A stretch of 64,000 nucleotides of DNA, from the NCBI RefSeq assembly GCF_009834535.1, contig NC_045698.1, positions 6,016,001 to 6,080,000 of the forward strand, read 5' to 3'. Source of the stretch: Camelus ferus. Taxonomy: Eukaryota. The notes beneath the pieces are model-generated. The model saw only the letters and a program-made list of their open reading frames with translations, searched no databases and had not been told where the DNA came from. Each line of letters starts with the position of its first letter. Positions within the stretch are counted from its first letter, which is position 1. Shown in pieces: positions 37,190 to 51,759 of the stretch. The position numbers and the translations under genes are program-made.

Positions 37190-38720
37190 GTCGGCATCTC
37201 GAATGACCTCCATGTTGTCACGCCCAATGGTTACCTCCCTGTTCTCGTCTTACTCAGTTTTGACACAGCAGATCTTTCTTGAAATAACACCTTCCCCCCC
37301 ACCCCTGCCCCACTTCCTTAGCTATTTCTTTCCAGTCTCACCTGCTGGCTTTTTTCCCTTTTTGAAACCTGCCTAGGGCTGCTGTTCTCTTTTCTCTCTG
37401 TCCTTCATCTGTAGGCTTGCTCTGTGTGTAGTTCAAACCCATCATATGCTGGTGACTCACAAACCTGAATCTGCAGTCCCACCTTTCTCTGGAGCCCTAG
37501 TCTTTTCCAAACAACTGCATACTTGCTGTCTCTCCTGGGATGTCAGATAAGTATATCACCTGTAACACATCCCATATCTACCTGTTGACTAGTCTCCCAA
37601 CCTCGTTCTATGCTTTCCCCATCGTAAGAAGTAAGCACTAGAATTCACTGAGTTACTGAAATCCCAAACTTAATTTACCTTTCCGAACCCACCCACTTCC
37701 AATCTCTCAGCATGTCCTGTCAATTAGGTCCTGAATGATCCACCTGTCTGCATCCTCACTGCTCTCTCTTTCTAGTCCTTTTTCTCTAACCCAGACCCCT
37801 GACTGGGAACAGTCCCTGCTTACAGCTTTGCCTCTCCTGCAGTCTCTCTTCCACGTAGCAGCCAAAACGATCCTTCCAAAATGTTAATCTGATTATATAA
37901 TTCTCCAGTTTAAAAGCCTCCCAGGGCTTCTGAGCATACTTAGGATGAACCCCAAACTCCTTACCCTGGTGATTATGGATCTACGTCAGTTGACCACTGT
38001 CTGAAGTCCTGACCTTCCCTTACTTAGCTCTCTGCTGATGTCACGTTCCAAGCACGCAAGCGTTCTTCGTACATTTTAGTGCATTTTGTGGGTGGCATTT
38101 ACTGCCTATTCCTTGAAGTCAGACCCTGACATGCCATTCAGTTCTCAGGCCAAATGCTTCCTTTGAAGAGGCGTCTTCCCAAACAGTCCAATGTAAGCAG
38201 GACCCTCAAAGCTCCCTTCCCACATCTAGTTTCTATCACATTGCTGGGATGTATTTTTTTTCATATTATATTTTCCTTTTTTCTTGCAATTATGATTTAT
38301 CTTGTTTAGTTTTTGAAGTTATTTAAGGTCTCCTTTATCCACTAGAATGAAATTTCATGGAGACAAAGACTGCCTCTTTTGTTCATTAGTACACATTAAC
38401 ACATTCCTGTGGTCTAGAATGGACCCTGGCAGGTGGGGAAGCGGAAAAGCTGATACAGTTGAAGGCTCGTTGTGAACAGACACTGCTTGAAAAGTGTTAC
38501 CTTAAATCACTTACTGCTCCAAACAACGCCGTACAGCAGATGTGATTAGCGTTCTGTGTTACAGAGGAGCTTAGCAGATGGCGTCAGCCGGCTTGCTTAG
38601 GATGTACTGCAAACAACAAGCAGAGCTGGGATTTGAACCTTGTATGTCCGTGTCCAGAGCCCACACTCTACTTGGTACGTTGTTTCTGTACTTAAGTGTA
38701 GTAAACTAAGTTGAATGAAA
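37190..38720 (+). mobile_element. L2 (L2a-like) 3' region; tail split by a MIR
   Basis: atgacctccatgttg, tatgctggtgactcacaaa, ccacgtagcagccaaaacgatcctt, ccactagaatgaaatttcatggagac and ctagaatggaccctggca. The tail gttgaatgaaagaacgag resumes at about 38710. Confidence 0.85.
38490..38670 (-). mobile_element. MIR SINE inside the L2 tail
   Basis: gcagagctgggatttgaaccttgtatgtccgtgtccagagccca. Confidence 0.8.
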
Positions 38721-40599
38721 GAACGAGTAGAAGACTTTTATTCTTGTTGTCATGTATTATGTCAGTTCTTATTTTAAGACTCTGCTCAGATTACCGAGTA
38801 TCCTTAATGTTAAATGTTGGAAATGCTCCCGGCCACTGGAGTTGGGAACAGTAAATATTACGTAGATAAAACAGCTGAAACCACAAAATTCACTGATGAA
38901 GTACTGTGTACACTTATCTTCTAACGAATAAACTGGAAACATTGAGAGCAAGGTTTATATCCACCAGCCCTGAACTAAATCAGCCAAGATCTGAGAGCCC
39001 TGAGAGCCTTCAGTGCCTCCTAAACTAGCCAGTGTTTTGGGAACATTGCCCTGGGCACAGATTTTTGTTTCTTATGTGTAATCATTCTGTCTCTTGTGGC
39101 ATGTGGGTGACTGTGCCGGGGCTGGTGGTGAGCCACGGTGCAGCTTAATCTCATTCCCTTCGGGAAATCAGCCCAGTGCCCCAAGTGTGTGATGAGTTTC
39201 TTCTCACCACTGTCCCAAGGAGCCCACCTGCCATCGCTACTAACAGTCACTGGTGAACAATCCAGTAGGTGGCCGTGAGTGTGAACCTGTGCCTCACCGT
39301 TCACGACCTCTGCCTTGCACACCAAAAGGTGCACCGCATGGATCCCCCGTGTGGGTTCCACTTCACTTCGTGCCTTTGCCTTCATAAGTGCATAATCTCA
39401 AGGAAGTCAGGCAAAATGGCTTTCCTGCTAACTACTGAACTTTGGCAAAACTCCTGCAAGGCTGCTTGTTGTGGCTAAAGTTTCTGTTCTTTTTAGCTGC
39501 CGGTTAATAACATAGATCATCATGGCGACACATTGCAGGTTTGCAGAACCTGGATGAGACTGAGGCATAAGACTTCACCTTTAGCTCCTGAAATAGCAAT
39601 CTCCATCTTAAAGAATACTGAAGTGTGAAAGCTGTTGAAGAAAGCTTTCACATGATCGTATGAAAAAGGGATTCTAATAGGCAAAAATCTACCTCTACAG
39701 GCTCGTTTGCTTTTACTGAGCACGGCCTTATCTCAGAATGTATTATTAATCCTTAAGACAGGGTTTATGCTTCCTTCTCTGTGTTGAGCTACTTATGAAG
39801 GATGTCCCTGAGTTGAGATAAGGTTAATGAGAAAAAAATATCACCTACAGCAGCTGAACCAGGAAAGGGACATAACCTCATGTCAATTTTTTAAGCCTGG
39901 CAAAGGAAAGAAAAAAGACACTCTGGCGGGGAGCAGATAATGCGACATGGCTTTTTCCCTAACCTCAGCCCTGTCTGTCTCAGAGCTGCACTGTGGGTTG
40001 ATTAAATCCCAGCAGTGCTCAACAACATGTCAGACTTGGAAGTAATCAAAATGAAGGTTCATGATTAGCCTCATCCTCTTCTGACTGGGTGCGGGAGGGG
40101 ATAAGTCAAGGGAAGGAAAGCAGACAAGAAGACGGTTCTCGTCTGTCTGATCTGAGACTCCATAGCTCCGTGGTGAATTGAGAAATGATCTAAAATATTT
40201 GGGTATCACCCACTGGGAACTCATATACTCTCACGCATTCACTCACAAGCACAACACAATATGTGGTAATGACCCTGATCGAGACTATTTAACAAACTGA
40301 AAGCAGAAGACCTCAGCCAAGGGATCTCAGTAGAGAGGAGACCAGCACAGTGGAGCTCCCTCACCTCCACACCCTAGGCACCCCCGCAGGCTGCATACAG
40401 GTGCACTGCAGTTCTGGAGAGGAAATAGACTGCCACCCAATAGGACAGGAAGAAAGTCATGAAATTAGCATACAGCCTCAGGAGGACCAACAGGATGCCT
40501 GCCCAGACTTGATCATCATGAACAAGACAGGATGCTGAAAATGCAAGCATAGGACAAGGAAAAATGGGCATCACAGGGTGTCACAGGGAATCGGAGGCA

Positions 40600-41340
40600 A
40601 CAGAACTGATTAGAAGAAAACTTAACTCAGAAAACTTAATTAGAAGAAAACTTAAGTTTTCCCGTCATGGAGGGAAGTGCTCATGATGGCTTCCTGATGA
40701 AATTCAATAAAAACATTTAAAGCAAAAGGAGCTTAAATATAAAATATTAGGAAAGTGAAATACCAAGGAAGATTTCCAGTGAGGGAAATAAAGTTAGAAT
40801 TAAAACACCATGATTATAGGTCAAAATGACGAATTAGATCAAGGAACAGAAGAGGCCAATAAATGTAAAATCACTAATATAGAGGGAAGATTTGAGATAA
40901 TGATAGACTATATATGAAAACAAATGAGGAAAATGGGAATAAATATGAAAGACATATGGTAATTGTTATTCCTAAATTATCGATTTCAGCAAATAGATCG
41001 CTTAAAGATACGTTAAAATTTTCTCCAGAAAGTAAAAAATACTGAATCAACAAGTCAATTGACAGCATCATACTCTAGTATTTTGATCCAAAATGTGAAA
41101 TAGTACATATTTGAGTTAAGTAATTAAGCTTCAAAGAAAAAATTATTGAGGCATCCAGGGAGAAAATTAGGCAGGTCATATTATCAAGATTTAAATATTG
41201 GTCTAGTCAACGGCTATAAAGTTATGGGTATGTGTGATTTAAGGGCAGTCTACATGGCCAAGCCTGAAATAGCTCAGGAAACATTACTCCAGAAGCCCTT
41301 GGGAAAATAAAACTTGACCTGACAATGAAATCCTCCTTAT
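40600..41340 (+). mobile_element. HAL1/L1 ORF1-like ancient fragment
   Basis: A-rich decayed coding texture, with cttcaaagaaaaaattattgaggcatccagggagaaaa and gctcaggaaacattactccagaagccc resembling HAL1. Confidence 0.55.
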
Positions 41341-42839
41341 TAGAGATAAATCAAAATAATTGTCTTAGAGATTGAGAAACCGTGAAAAGGTTGAGTCATA
41401 AGTTCATTTAGATATGGCATTAAAACAATAAAAATAATAAAGTTGCCTGTTTCAAAATGTTTTGGGAAGTGCTCATTAGAAACAGATATGCTATGTTGAG
41501 TAACTTTATTAGGCAAAAATCTCATGCAACCTGATTTTCTAGTCTTCTCTTATTTCCAGGTCCCTCCAGTGATCCTGTCTCCGTGCTCTGAGCCAAGGTT
41601 GGGACCCCTTCTTGGCCTTAGCTCCAGCCACTTCACACACCAAACCAGCCACCTGAGAATGTACCCCCACTGTTCTTGATGAACTAAGGCAAACATTAAA
41701 GACTAAATATTCTCCTTCCAAAACCTTTTCCTTTTCTTCCAGTCCCAATCCTCTCCCCTGTTGTGACTTTCTAGAGCATTTAGAGCAGTAAAACCTCATT
41801 CCAGAGCATGTGCTGTGTTTTACTTTCTCCTGGTTCCAGTGGACCATCTAGGTCTTGTCTTGAGTGTCTAGACCGTATCTCAGAGAGGTCAGGACCCATG
41901 CCTCTTGGGTACCTGCGGCCCTGAACACAGAGCTAACTAAGATCCTTTTGTGTGCTGGCCGGCTTTCACCAAACAATGTCACAGCCAGAAGGATTCTGAG
42001 CTAAAAGCTTCTCAGCCTGGCAATCTAACAAGCTTTCATCAAAATTCATGAGACAAAGTAATGTCAGAACCCAAATACAGCATCCAATTATATACCCTTG
42101 TTTTAGATGTGATTGGCTCCAGCCTCTGTTCACAAATCTGCATCTCAAAATAATTACACAAGAGTTTTGAATAAAGAAAACATTCTCATTTGAGAAATGT
42201 TTTACTACATTTTAAGGCAAGAACATTATGTCCTCTTTTAAAATCTGATATTCTGCAAGGACGCAATTTTACATTTTTTTGTTTATAAATTCTGAACATG
42301 GTTTATGAAAGAAGTAAGAGAAAGAACGTGTCAGAAAATATGAGCAACCACCCCCTCACCCTGGACAGGAAAAACAAAAGAACAAAACAGCCCTTGGGTA
42401 ATATTCCACACATGTCACCATAGTGTCAGGTGTCTCCAGTCTACAGAAAAAATAGGTTAAAGTTCACAACATTTGTAAATGATGAGTCTCACTTATTAAT
42501 CTAGATTTTCCTCTCTTAGGGAAATTTAATCTCACAGATTTCAGTGGAAAACAACATTTTGAAATAAAAAAGGACACTACTTTACCTTCCTCAGCAAAGC
42601 TGTCACACGATTCTCTGTGTGAGCAAAATCATTTATATTAGTGCAGGCTGTAAATGTTAACTTTTAAAAAAATAAGCTACTTTTAATTGTTTAAAGTTAT
42701 TCTAGAGCTTATTCTTAAGAAAAGACACTCTAAGCCACCCGGAAAATATCTTTAAAATTTTAACACCCTAAAATCTTTAGTTTTTGTATCTTCATTTTTC
42801 ACTCATATTTGAGATTCTAAGGAAGTAATAGAACGTAAT

Positions 42840-44320
42840 CAATCAACAGAAGTAACTTACTAAGTATCTACTATGTGCCGAGCGTTGAGTTGGATGTTTG
42901 GGGATATGCTAGTGGCCGAGTCATCCCACAGCGAAACCTGTGTCACCATAAAGCTCAGTCATGTGATAACGGGGGAAGCACTGGGAACTGGGGACTGTGA
43001 GCAGGGCCAGCCCAGCCTGGGCTAAAGCTCAGAGGAGGCAGCCCTAATAAAGGTGCATTTAAACTGAGACCTGAACCAGGATGCAAGTAGGGGAAGACTG
43101 TTCCAGGTGGAGGACAAGGCAAAGAAGAGAGAGAATATGGCGCCTTTGGGACAAATGAAGGAGGGCAGCAGGCTGGAACCCTGGAGAGGAATAGTGGTGA
43201 CAATGAGGGAGGAGAGGCCAGATGGGAAGGACTGAGAGAGCCTGGTAGTTTGTACGTATTCTGCAGAGTGATGGGAAGCCATTACAGAGTTTAAGCACCA
43301 TAATTATGTTTATGAACATCCCTCTGGCTGTAGAGACTAGAGAGGCAGAACTGAAGGATAAGTCAGAGAGGGGGATCTATAGCCCAGAAAAGGATGGTTA
43401 TAGGTCCTACTAGAATTGGATGGGAGAAATGGAAGGATGCGAGAGATATTCCAGAAGCAGAGCTAAACCTATTTAGTGGTTGTTTGAAATTGGTGATGAG
43501 GAAGAAGGGGATTATCGGCACACCCCGTATGGTTGTGCAGGTGGTGCAATGAGCAACCCAGGGGTGCCACTGTCATCACATCTACATTGCAGCTTCCTGA
43601 AGAAGTTGTACAATGTGATGAGATCTGAGAGCCCGGTGATGAAAGAGTATGTCTTGGTCTCTATCCCTGCCAAGTGAAAACGGTGGTGCCACTTATTATA
43701 AAGTAGGAGGAAAATCAGCTTCACAATGGTAGGAGGGTAGTGGTGGCAGTGACCGGGGAAACGACAGTATGACTGTTAAACGGTTTGCACGAAGGTGGAC
43801 ATTAGTCAAGTGCATGTGTGTCTGCTGCTCAGATACCAGCATGACAATCTATGTTTTGAGAAATCTCAGCATTCAGATGATAACGAAAGGAAGAGAGCTT
43901 CCTGAGATTAGACAAGGAGTGTGTAGGGACTGAAGAAACTTTGGAATTTTTGAAACTTGGAATTTCAACCCTCATTGGTAAGGGAGAAGCAAAGGCTGAA
44001 GAGGCAGGGGACGTAACAGAGAGACCAGGGAAGGCTGCTGACTCAGGGCCTGTGGAAAGGAGGGAGGAAGGGGCAAAGTAGCTGAGTTTGAAAGAGAAAA
44101 AGTGTCCACGGGGTATAATGACACAAGGGTGGTCTTGATTAGAATGGTTCCTTTAGAGAGAAGGGCAGAATGCCAACTGTTATGGCTTGAGGATGGAATA
44201 GAAAATGCAGAGATAGAGACAGGTGGTGTAGACAACTCTCTTATACAGTTTAGCTGAGGAAATTAGGGTGAGTAGGGCAGTAGCAGAGGGAAAGTTAGAA
44301 TAAAGGGAAGTTTTAAAAAT
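42840..44320 (-). mobile_element. L2 (L2b-like), interrupted by MER91
   Basis: ttactaagtatctactatgtgccgagc, tttaaactgagacctgaa, gatgggaagccattacagagtttaagc and gtgtagacaactctctt. Confidence 0.85.
43513..43634. mobile_element. MER91-like hAT-Tip100 element
   Basis: ccccgtatggttgtgcaggtggtgcaatgagcaacccaggggtgcca...gaagttgtacaatg. Confidence 0.7.
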
Positions 44321-45166
44321 GCAAAACAGGGGTAATTTATTTTAGTAGGTTAAGCAAACGAAGTTGAAATGATTGGCTTCCTACTGAAGCAGATGCATAT
44401 AGCTCTTTATAATAAGAGAGTCTGTTGGCCCGCAAACTTCTCACTTCTGCTTCACTTCAGTTAGCTCAAGTCAAAAGGATATAAACTGACACAGAAAGAC
44501 ATTCAGTAAAGAAAATTTTTAGAAAACATCTTGAAAAATCACAAGTTCCCTAATGCAATTACTATTTTATCACTTTTTGGAGAAATTCTCTTTCCCTTTT
44601 CAATTTACCTGTTCGGTGGCTTATGAAATTTTAATGCTGGTGGTACAGGAAACTCAAATAGTGATACATATACAGCAGGAAAAGAATATCAGTCTTGTAC
44701 CAAGTTAGTGGTAGAAATCTTTAAGCTGAATTTCGAAGCAGTAGCTGGATTCTTGAAAGAAGGGTCCTCTGCTATACAGCCTGGCTGCCAGAAGTCCACA
44801 TTGGAAATAAAAGTATATAGAAAATCCAGGTTTCTGGCTTGTTTTAAAATAAATTGTATAGAAAATTTAAGATTGATAAATAACCCACATTTTTCAGGAT
44901 CTTTGTTGTAACAAACTTTCAGGACATTCTTTACAAATGAATTAACCTTTCTGTTGTCTTAAATAGTTGATTATATCAAGATCTGGAGATGTAATGCAGT
45001 CTTACTGAGATTTATGTATTTGTCATATTGATGCATGAACTGAAGTATATATTTATTAGATAGTCATTATTTTCAAGTTATTCATTATTTCCAAGATATT
45101 TTATTAAATTATAAATTTGCTTAAATTTATCATATTATTACTGATTAAATATTTTTCTTTAATTAC

Positions 45167-45525
45167 TGCTGTGGACTAGTGTCCCCTCAAATTCATATAT
45201 TAAAACTCTAAGCCCCAATGTGATTATAATAGGAGGTGGGAGCCTTTGGGAAGTAATTAAATTCAGATGAGGTCATGAAGAGGGACCCCATGATGAGATC
45301 AGTGTTCTTATAAGAAGAGACACCAGAGAACGCGCTTCCTTTCTGTCTCCTCAACATGTGAGAACACAGCTAGAAGGCAGCCATCTGGAAGAGAGCTCCC
45401 ACCAGAAACCAGCCAGGCTGGCATCCTGATGTATCAGACTTCTGCCCCCAATCTGTGAGAGAATATTTGCTGTTTAAACCACCAGTCTATAGTATTTTGT
45501 TATGACAACCTGGGTAGATTAATAA
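45167..45525 (+). mobile_element. MLT1A0-like solo LTR with 5-bp TSD
   Basis: TSD attac at 45162-45166 and 45526-45530. Contains caaattcatatattaaaactcta, cttataagaagagacaccagaga and accagtctatagtattttgttatg. Confidence 0.92.
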
Positions 45526-45597
45526 ATTACTGATTATGTAGATAATTTGAATCCTAAATTAAACTACAGAGACGCGTTACAGCTAATAGCTTTAGAT

Positions 45598-45832
45598 CAC
45601 GATTTCTCAGTGTTGGCACTATTGGCATTTCGGGTCAGATAACCCGTTGTCTTGGGGCTGTCCTGTGCATTGCAGGATGTTTCACCATTCCTGGCTTCTG
45701 CTCAGGAAATGACAGTAGCATCCCCTTACCCCCAGTTGAGATGACCGAAAGTGTCTCCAGACATTGTTAAAGATTGGCTGGGAGGCAACACCCTCCCATC
45801 TCCTGCACTCCTGCCCCTGTTGAAAATCACTG
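45598..45832 (+). mobile_element. MER20 (hAT-Charlie)
   Basis: ggcactattggcatttcgggtcagataa...ctgtcctgtgcattgcaggatgttt...gtctccagacattg...gttgaaaatcactg. Confidence 0.9.
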
Positions 45833-46307
45833 TTTTACGTAACGTTTAAAGCAAGAAATTTACTTAGTTTAGTCCTAAATAATATTCTTTTTACACTTCT
45901 ATTCTCATGCCCATGAACTCTGGTTAGAACTAAGAATAAACATATTATTTTAGTTCAAAACACTGATATAAAATGTAAAAATCATGAAATTGAAACACTT
46001 AAAAGAACGATAGCACATCATTATCTATTAATGAATTTCATTATTGAGAACAGTTTAAAAATAAACTTAGAAATAAAGATAGAATTGTATTTAAGTGTTT
46101 TCCCAAATGAGGACAGCATCCTACTAAGCTTTCAGTTATGAAATTGCCCAAACTGGAGAGGCAGCTTCCTTGTCATCATGGTCATTTTTGCTGCTTGGAT
46201 TTTACAGTTGTAACCATTCCCATTCTCTCTGCATTGGTGTTTATAATGAGCATATCAGCCTAAAAAAAAAAGAAACTCTTTAGAAAACTTCCAGTTATAT
46301 CATGTAC

Positions 46308-46492
46308 CATGGGGATTCTTAACCTTGAGTCCATGGACCACTAAAGGGTGTTTATGAACTGACACCAAGGTGAATAAGCCCAAGCTGAAATCCCACACAC
46401 AGTCTTGAGTGCGTCAGCATCTTCATTGACCATTGATTTTGATTGATTTTGACCTGATTCTCAAAGGACTCCAACATAGAAATTAAAACCAA
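46308..46492. mobile_element. MER103/Charlie-like hAT remnant
   Basis: gggattcttaaccttgagtccatggacc...gattctcaaaggactcc. Confidence 0.55.
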
Positions 46493-47221
46493 AACAACAA
46501 AACAAAATACAGATAGCAAATGAGCTAAATAGTAATATGACCTTAGCCACTAAATTTGCCCTAACGTATCCTTCTATTCACTTAAGCTTTTCTGCTGGCT
46601 TTAAGTAGAACTTGTTCCTAATTGCTGTAACACATAACCGAAAATATCGTATCATTCTTGAGGACATGAGATCTTGACATATTTATTCCTTCATCTTATC
46701 AATCAACATTGATTGAGTGACCAGCACTCAACTGAGACCATGGCAATCAGAGAGAAAGCTGGTTTTCCTAGTCCAGGAATGACAAGTAGATAGTAAATAG
46801 ATGTACCCACGACAAACATCATTAATCACAGTCCTCCACCCAGACCAGGAGGGCCCTCTGTCAGGGAGGATGAAACTTACACGCCTTGTCAGTAATGGCG
46901 GTTCTCTCATTTCTGATTACCCTGCTCTCCCTCCAAGCTATTCTCCACAGACTATCAGTGATCCTAACATGCAATGGTACGACAACATTCTCCTGCTTAA
47001 ACTGTTTCCATCCATCTAAGGATAAAGACCCAGATCTTTAACCTGGGGTTGCATGATTCTAAATCACTTTCTGTCTCCTTCCTTTCTAAGCAAGGACTGA
47101 ATTCCCCAAGACTGTATATAATTTTATTAAACCAAGACTTGGTTCCTTCTAGCTGTAATTTTATAAGGACTTGAAAATAGACATCAACTTTTTGGGTAGA
47201 TGGAAATGTTGAACCACATTA

Positions 47222-47712
47222 GTAATCCTGATATACCCAGTAACATGGATAAATCTCAAGGAAATTATGCTGGGGGAGGGGTGAGAAGCCTTAGCAGTGG
47301 TTTACATGCTGTGTGACCCCACTGATGCATTATTTTTAAACTGACAAAATAGGATGCTAAATTATAATACAGGGAGTTTCTCTGAGATTATTTACTTGGT
47401 CTCTCTCTTGATTTTAGTGATGACCCTCAAATATATGCATATGCTAAAACCTCACAAACTATATATCTCTCTCTCCCAAAGTGAGGGACATTAAAAAAAA
47501 AAAAAAAAGAAAGAAAGAAAACAAGTAAAATATCAGTAAGGTCCACACTGGTTTTGATAGTATTGAGCTGATGTCAATTTTATGGTTCTGACAACGCATG
47601 GTTATGTAAGAGATCATTGTAGGACGCTGGATGAACGGTACACAGGAGTTCTCTGTGCTATTTTTGCCAACTGACATGAGTTTTAAGCTATTTCAGAATA
47701 AAGTTATGTTAA
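47222..47712 (+). mobile_element. L1MC-type 3' end
   Basis: aacatggataaatctcaaggaaattatgctg...atggttatgtaaga...ggtacacaggagttctctgtgctattttt...ctatttcagaataaa. Confidence 0.85.
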
Positions 47713-49750
47713 AAGTGTTCCTGAGTTATGTAGCATCATTGGGATTTTATTACATGTGGTTACTGATTTCAGTATTATAACAGCAATTCTTCTTTATAAT
47801 AATTGAGGAAAGAGTGAAAATGAGTTATGAGTAGAAATGCAACAATTTGCGATCTGAAGATACATTTCAATACTTTTAATACTTTCAATATTTGAGTACT
47901 TTCAGTATTTCTTGAAAAGAAGGGAGACTATAAATATTGTATTTATTTTCCCAGGAAATTTTCCAGGGAAAGGTTGTTTCCAAGAAAAAGTAGCTGAAGA
48001 AGCTTTAAAGATTATCCCATGAAAACTGCATATGATGTTTTTGAAAATAATAATTTTAAATAACTTGTGATTGCTTCTGTGAAATGGTTCAATTCTGGTG
48101 GAGGAATTTTCATGTTGGGGGAAAGAAATTGGAGAAATTGTGTCTAACTCATTATCCATCACAAATCCTAAAGCAGTAGTACCGTATAATTAAATACTAT
48201 TAGATTACGTATTTTGTTTTTCAAGTGATTTTCTTTCTCTTGAAGATTTGGCAATAATTTTTCTACGAATGTAACCCTTCATCATTTACAACAAAGCTGT
48301 GGTATCGAATCGGCCCAGGGATTTTGAGGGTCTTCCATGTGGTTCATTATCAGTACCTGTGCTGGCACATCCAGCTGGATGGTCTATTAGCTGTGAGGCA
48401 TCCAGGCTGCCTGCATTTGGCATCTTACTCCCTAGCAGCACCACCTGCCATGCTAACATGCTGGCATTCTCCCATATTACACGCAGGTCACAAAGTCCTC
48501 CTCTTCATTAGTGTGAGCTCACTGATTTCTCTTGAGATGCAAAATTTCTTCAGCTGATGTTAAAGACCCTTACAAACCATGGTAGAGTATGATATGGAAC
48601 TACAGAATCCAAGCATGACTTCAAAGACACCGTATTGTCCAGTAAATTATGTTTATTTTGTAGAGACTGGCCCATTCTGTTCTCCTTTTTCCTGCAGCAT
48701 CTATGAGATTTTCTATTTTGCTACATTAGTTGGCCAAGTTGGAGAGAGATGGTAGACTATTTAATGATAATGGATGGGAATATTAATTATAAATAATTAA
48801 TAGATAGACTAATGCATTTGTTAGTATCTAATTATTAGGAACATTGCTCATTTTGATTCCTTTTGCATTCTGACTTTTTAATGCACTTTTATACTTCCAC
48901 TCCCCAACACAGCGAAATGTCAGCATCATTATATAAAGTTTTGCATACAGTTAAAAAGCCCTTTACTTTCAACCTCCATCACCTGACAGTTCATGGCTCA
49001 ACAACCCATAATAATTGCTTCTAATTGACAAAGAACAGTAGGGTTTTATCTCTCCATAAAATAAAACATAAAATATTTTTGATTCCTTATGTTGGAAGTT
49101 TCTGATACAAACAAAAACCTACTCATTTTTGAGCCGCAAAATCATGGAGACAAGATAATTTTATATATAAAATATATATGTAACCCTCTCTAAAGATCTT
49201 GGATTTTCTTTTTTTTTTCTCCTTAAGTTAAGCAAAGGGATGCAAAGTATAAAAGCATCTTAAAGCGTATCCCATGGTCAGTCAATTCAAGAGGACTTGA
49301 TTCCTCTCTCTGACCTTTCTCTCATTCTCCTTATATCAGTTCTGTGGGGAAGACTGGAGAATAAGCTGGTTATGAACTTTGACATATTTGTACACAATGC
49401 ACAGAGAAATCACATGCTTATCATTGGCCCAAACGCTTTGTCTAAATTAAGGAGGTAATTTAGGGAATACTGTGGACTTTCTTGTGTTTAGGACAAGTTT
49501 CAAGGTTTATCATTAATTTAATCAGCCTCTTCTTGGGAGAAAAAATATACTGCAAATAGTACTATATCAATTATAAGGCACTGTTCTAATTTTAAAGTAT
49601 TAAATGATTTTAAAATTGTGTTTTAGAATAAAGGATGTACAACAGTAAAATTATGTCTTATTTTGATCCAAGATACATATTATATGAAGTACCTATCAAC
49701 ACTCTGACTTCTGGCATTTCAGACAAAGGGTACAAAAAACAACATTTGGC

Positions 49751-50552
49751 CAGGGCTAGCTACACAGTTTGTAGGATACAGTACGAAATAAAAATGTAAC
49801 GTTTTTGTTCAAAAGCAAGAAAAAATATGCAAAGTGCTAAAATATGAAGTTTCCCTTTATTCTGCAGTCTTTTTTTACTTGTTATACTGCTTTTTGTGTT
49901 TGTTATTTAATGTCATTCTAAACAGTGAAAAGCAGAATGATAAAGTGTTAGCAGGCACTTTACCGTTCATTTTTATATTATGCAATACTAATTTTAAATA
50001 CAAATATAAAAACATTTAATTCATTTTCAGAATCACTAGAATTATACAGTTCATATTTTATAGATCATACATACATGCATATATTTTGTTGTTATCGGAA
50101 CAGTGGAAACACTGCACAACATTAAGTCATCTGCTTTTGGGGGTTTGTTTTCACTTCTTGATGGGCATACATTTTATCAACATTCTCTACTTTTGGCTTA
50201 TTGATGAGTGAGGAACGACCGAAAAGAAAAGGAACCACTGATTATTTCTATTTTTCTCTTTACTTGTCTTCATTTTTAGCATAAGTGGTTGACTAATACC
50301 AAAGTAACATGGGTGAAAAAAGATATGATAAGATTCCTTCATCAATTGTGTTGCTTACAATAATATTCTTTCTTTCTGTGTTTGAAGCAATTTCTTTTTC
50401 AAAGGAAAGTCTAGTTTGAATGGAAAGAGTAGCTTCTGAGGGATGCCAGTGGCTTCACTTACTCAGCTGTAGACCTAACTTGTGCACCTTGTGTTCATGT
50501 TGACTCCAGCTGAACTACGAGCATCATGAGTCCACAGAAATGATGCGCTCAT
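49751..50552 (+). mobile_element. MER45B/C-like hAT-Tip100 element (long, one terminus missing)
   Basis: Starts cagggctagctacac. ttatttaatgtcattctaa, gaacagtggaaacactgcacaa, ggcttattgatgagtgagga and agcataagtggttgactaatac follow the recalled consensus. Confidence 0.82.
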
Positions 50553-50579
50553 TGCCTATTAAGAAGGCTGTATGGACAC

Positions 50580-50940
50580 AGCCCTTACATCTTTGCTAGG
50601 AATAACTCAAAATGGGTCATCACAGACCTAAGTTAAGGTGAAAACCTGTGAAACTCCTAAAAGGTAATACAGGAGAAAACCTGGCTGCCCTTGGGTATGG
50701 TGATGACTTTTTAGATGCAACGCCAAAAGCACAGTCCATGAAAGAGACAACTAGTAGGCTGGACTTGATTAAAATTGTGCTTTGCTAAAGACATTGTTAG
50801 AAGGGTGAGAAGACACGCCACAGTCTGGGAGAAAATATTTGCAAAGAACGTATCTGATAAAGGCGTCTTATCCAAAGTACACAAAAACTCTTCAAACTCA
50901 ACAGTAAAACAACCAGTTTTTAAATGGTCCAGGAACATGG
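50580..50940 (+). mobile_element. L1MB/MC-type ORF2 fragment
   Basis: caggagaaaacct...cttgggtatggtgatgactttttagat...ctgggagaaaatatttgcaaa...tatctgataaagg. ORF 50775-51002 (WEKIFAK..SDKG) is a decayed L1 ORF2 peptide. Confidence 0.9.
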
Positions 50941-51759
50941 TAGGGAAAAAGCCCCAGTACACAAGCTGGCATCCTTGCCAACCTAACTGCACATTTAGAT
51001 AACCATAAACAGAGCTTAATGGAAAAGGTCACTATTGAATAAAAAGTAATGAGTCCAACACTAGTGTGTCTTTCAAGTTCACTGCTAAGCTTTAAAGAGC
51101 CTCGTGATTGTTTCCCTGTGTCTGCTGAAGAATCAAAAGCAAAATTTGTTTTCTGAATGGTGCCTGAATTCTGCCCATTCTCCAGCACACTCTGGATACT
51201 TGCTTCCAGGAAAACTTAGGAACCCAGCTCCCAAACCATCTACTTTCTGAATCATTTTCTGAATAAGAAACCTTAAAATAGAACTAGCTCTTCTGGCTTC
51301 TATTTCCTCTAAGAATTTTGGTGACCTTAAAGGATCATAAGATATTGACTATATTCTGCCTTTTACATATACTTATTTTCCCATATGGTTTGTAATTCTA
51401 ATTCAGTGGTAAATGAAATACAAAACAAAAATGTCTTTTTCACTTTGTGGATAAGAAGTTATCTAACTTGTCTCTTTACTCATAAAAGGAAACTGAGCAA
51501 GTATCATTCCTTAATCTGCATCTAATTTTATTTCTTACAGCCTATACCTGTATTAAACTTCAAAAGGTTCAGTCTGGATAGGTGGTAAAACCAATCTATT
51601 TCCAGGCTAATTGCCATAAGTTACAAAATTGCAGTGAGACCATCAAAAATTGATGGTTAATGTATTTAAATGGTATTAAAAGTAGAATGAAACCAAGTAA
51701 GAACATTGCCCTCCTTCAAGTCAGCACTGATGCTGCAGTTCTCACCCGTGTTCAGGTCA

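Noticed and set aside
38572..38587. CTCF-like tagcagatggcgtca
   Set aside because: Lacks the conserved 5' CC of the core motif and lies within a MIR.
50775..51002. ORF with WEKIFAK/SDKG motif
   Set aside because: Decayed L1 ORF2 remnant, not a host gene.
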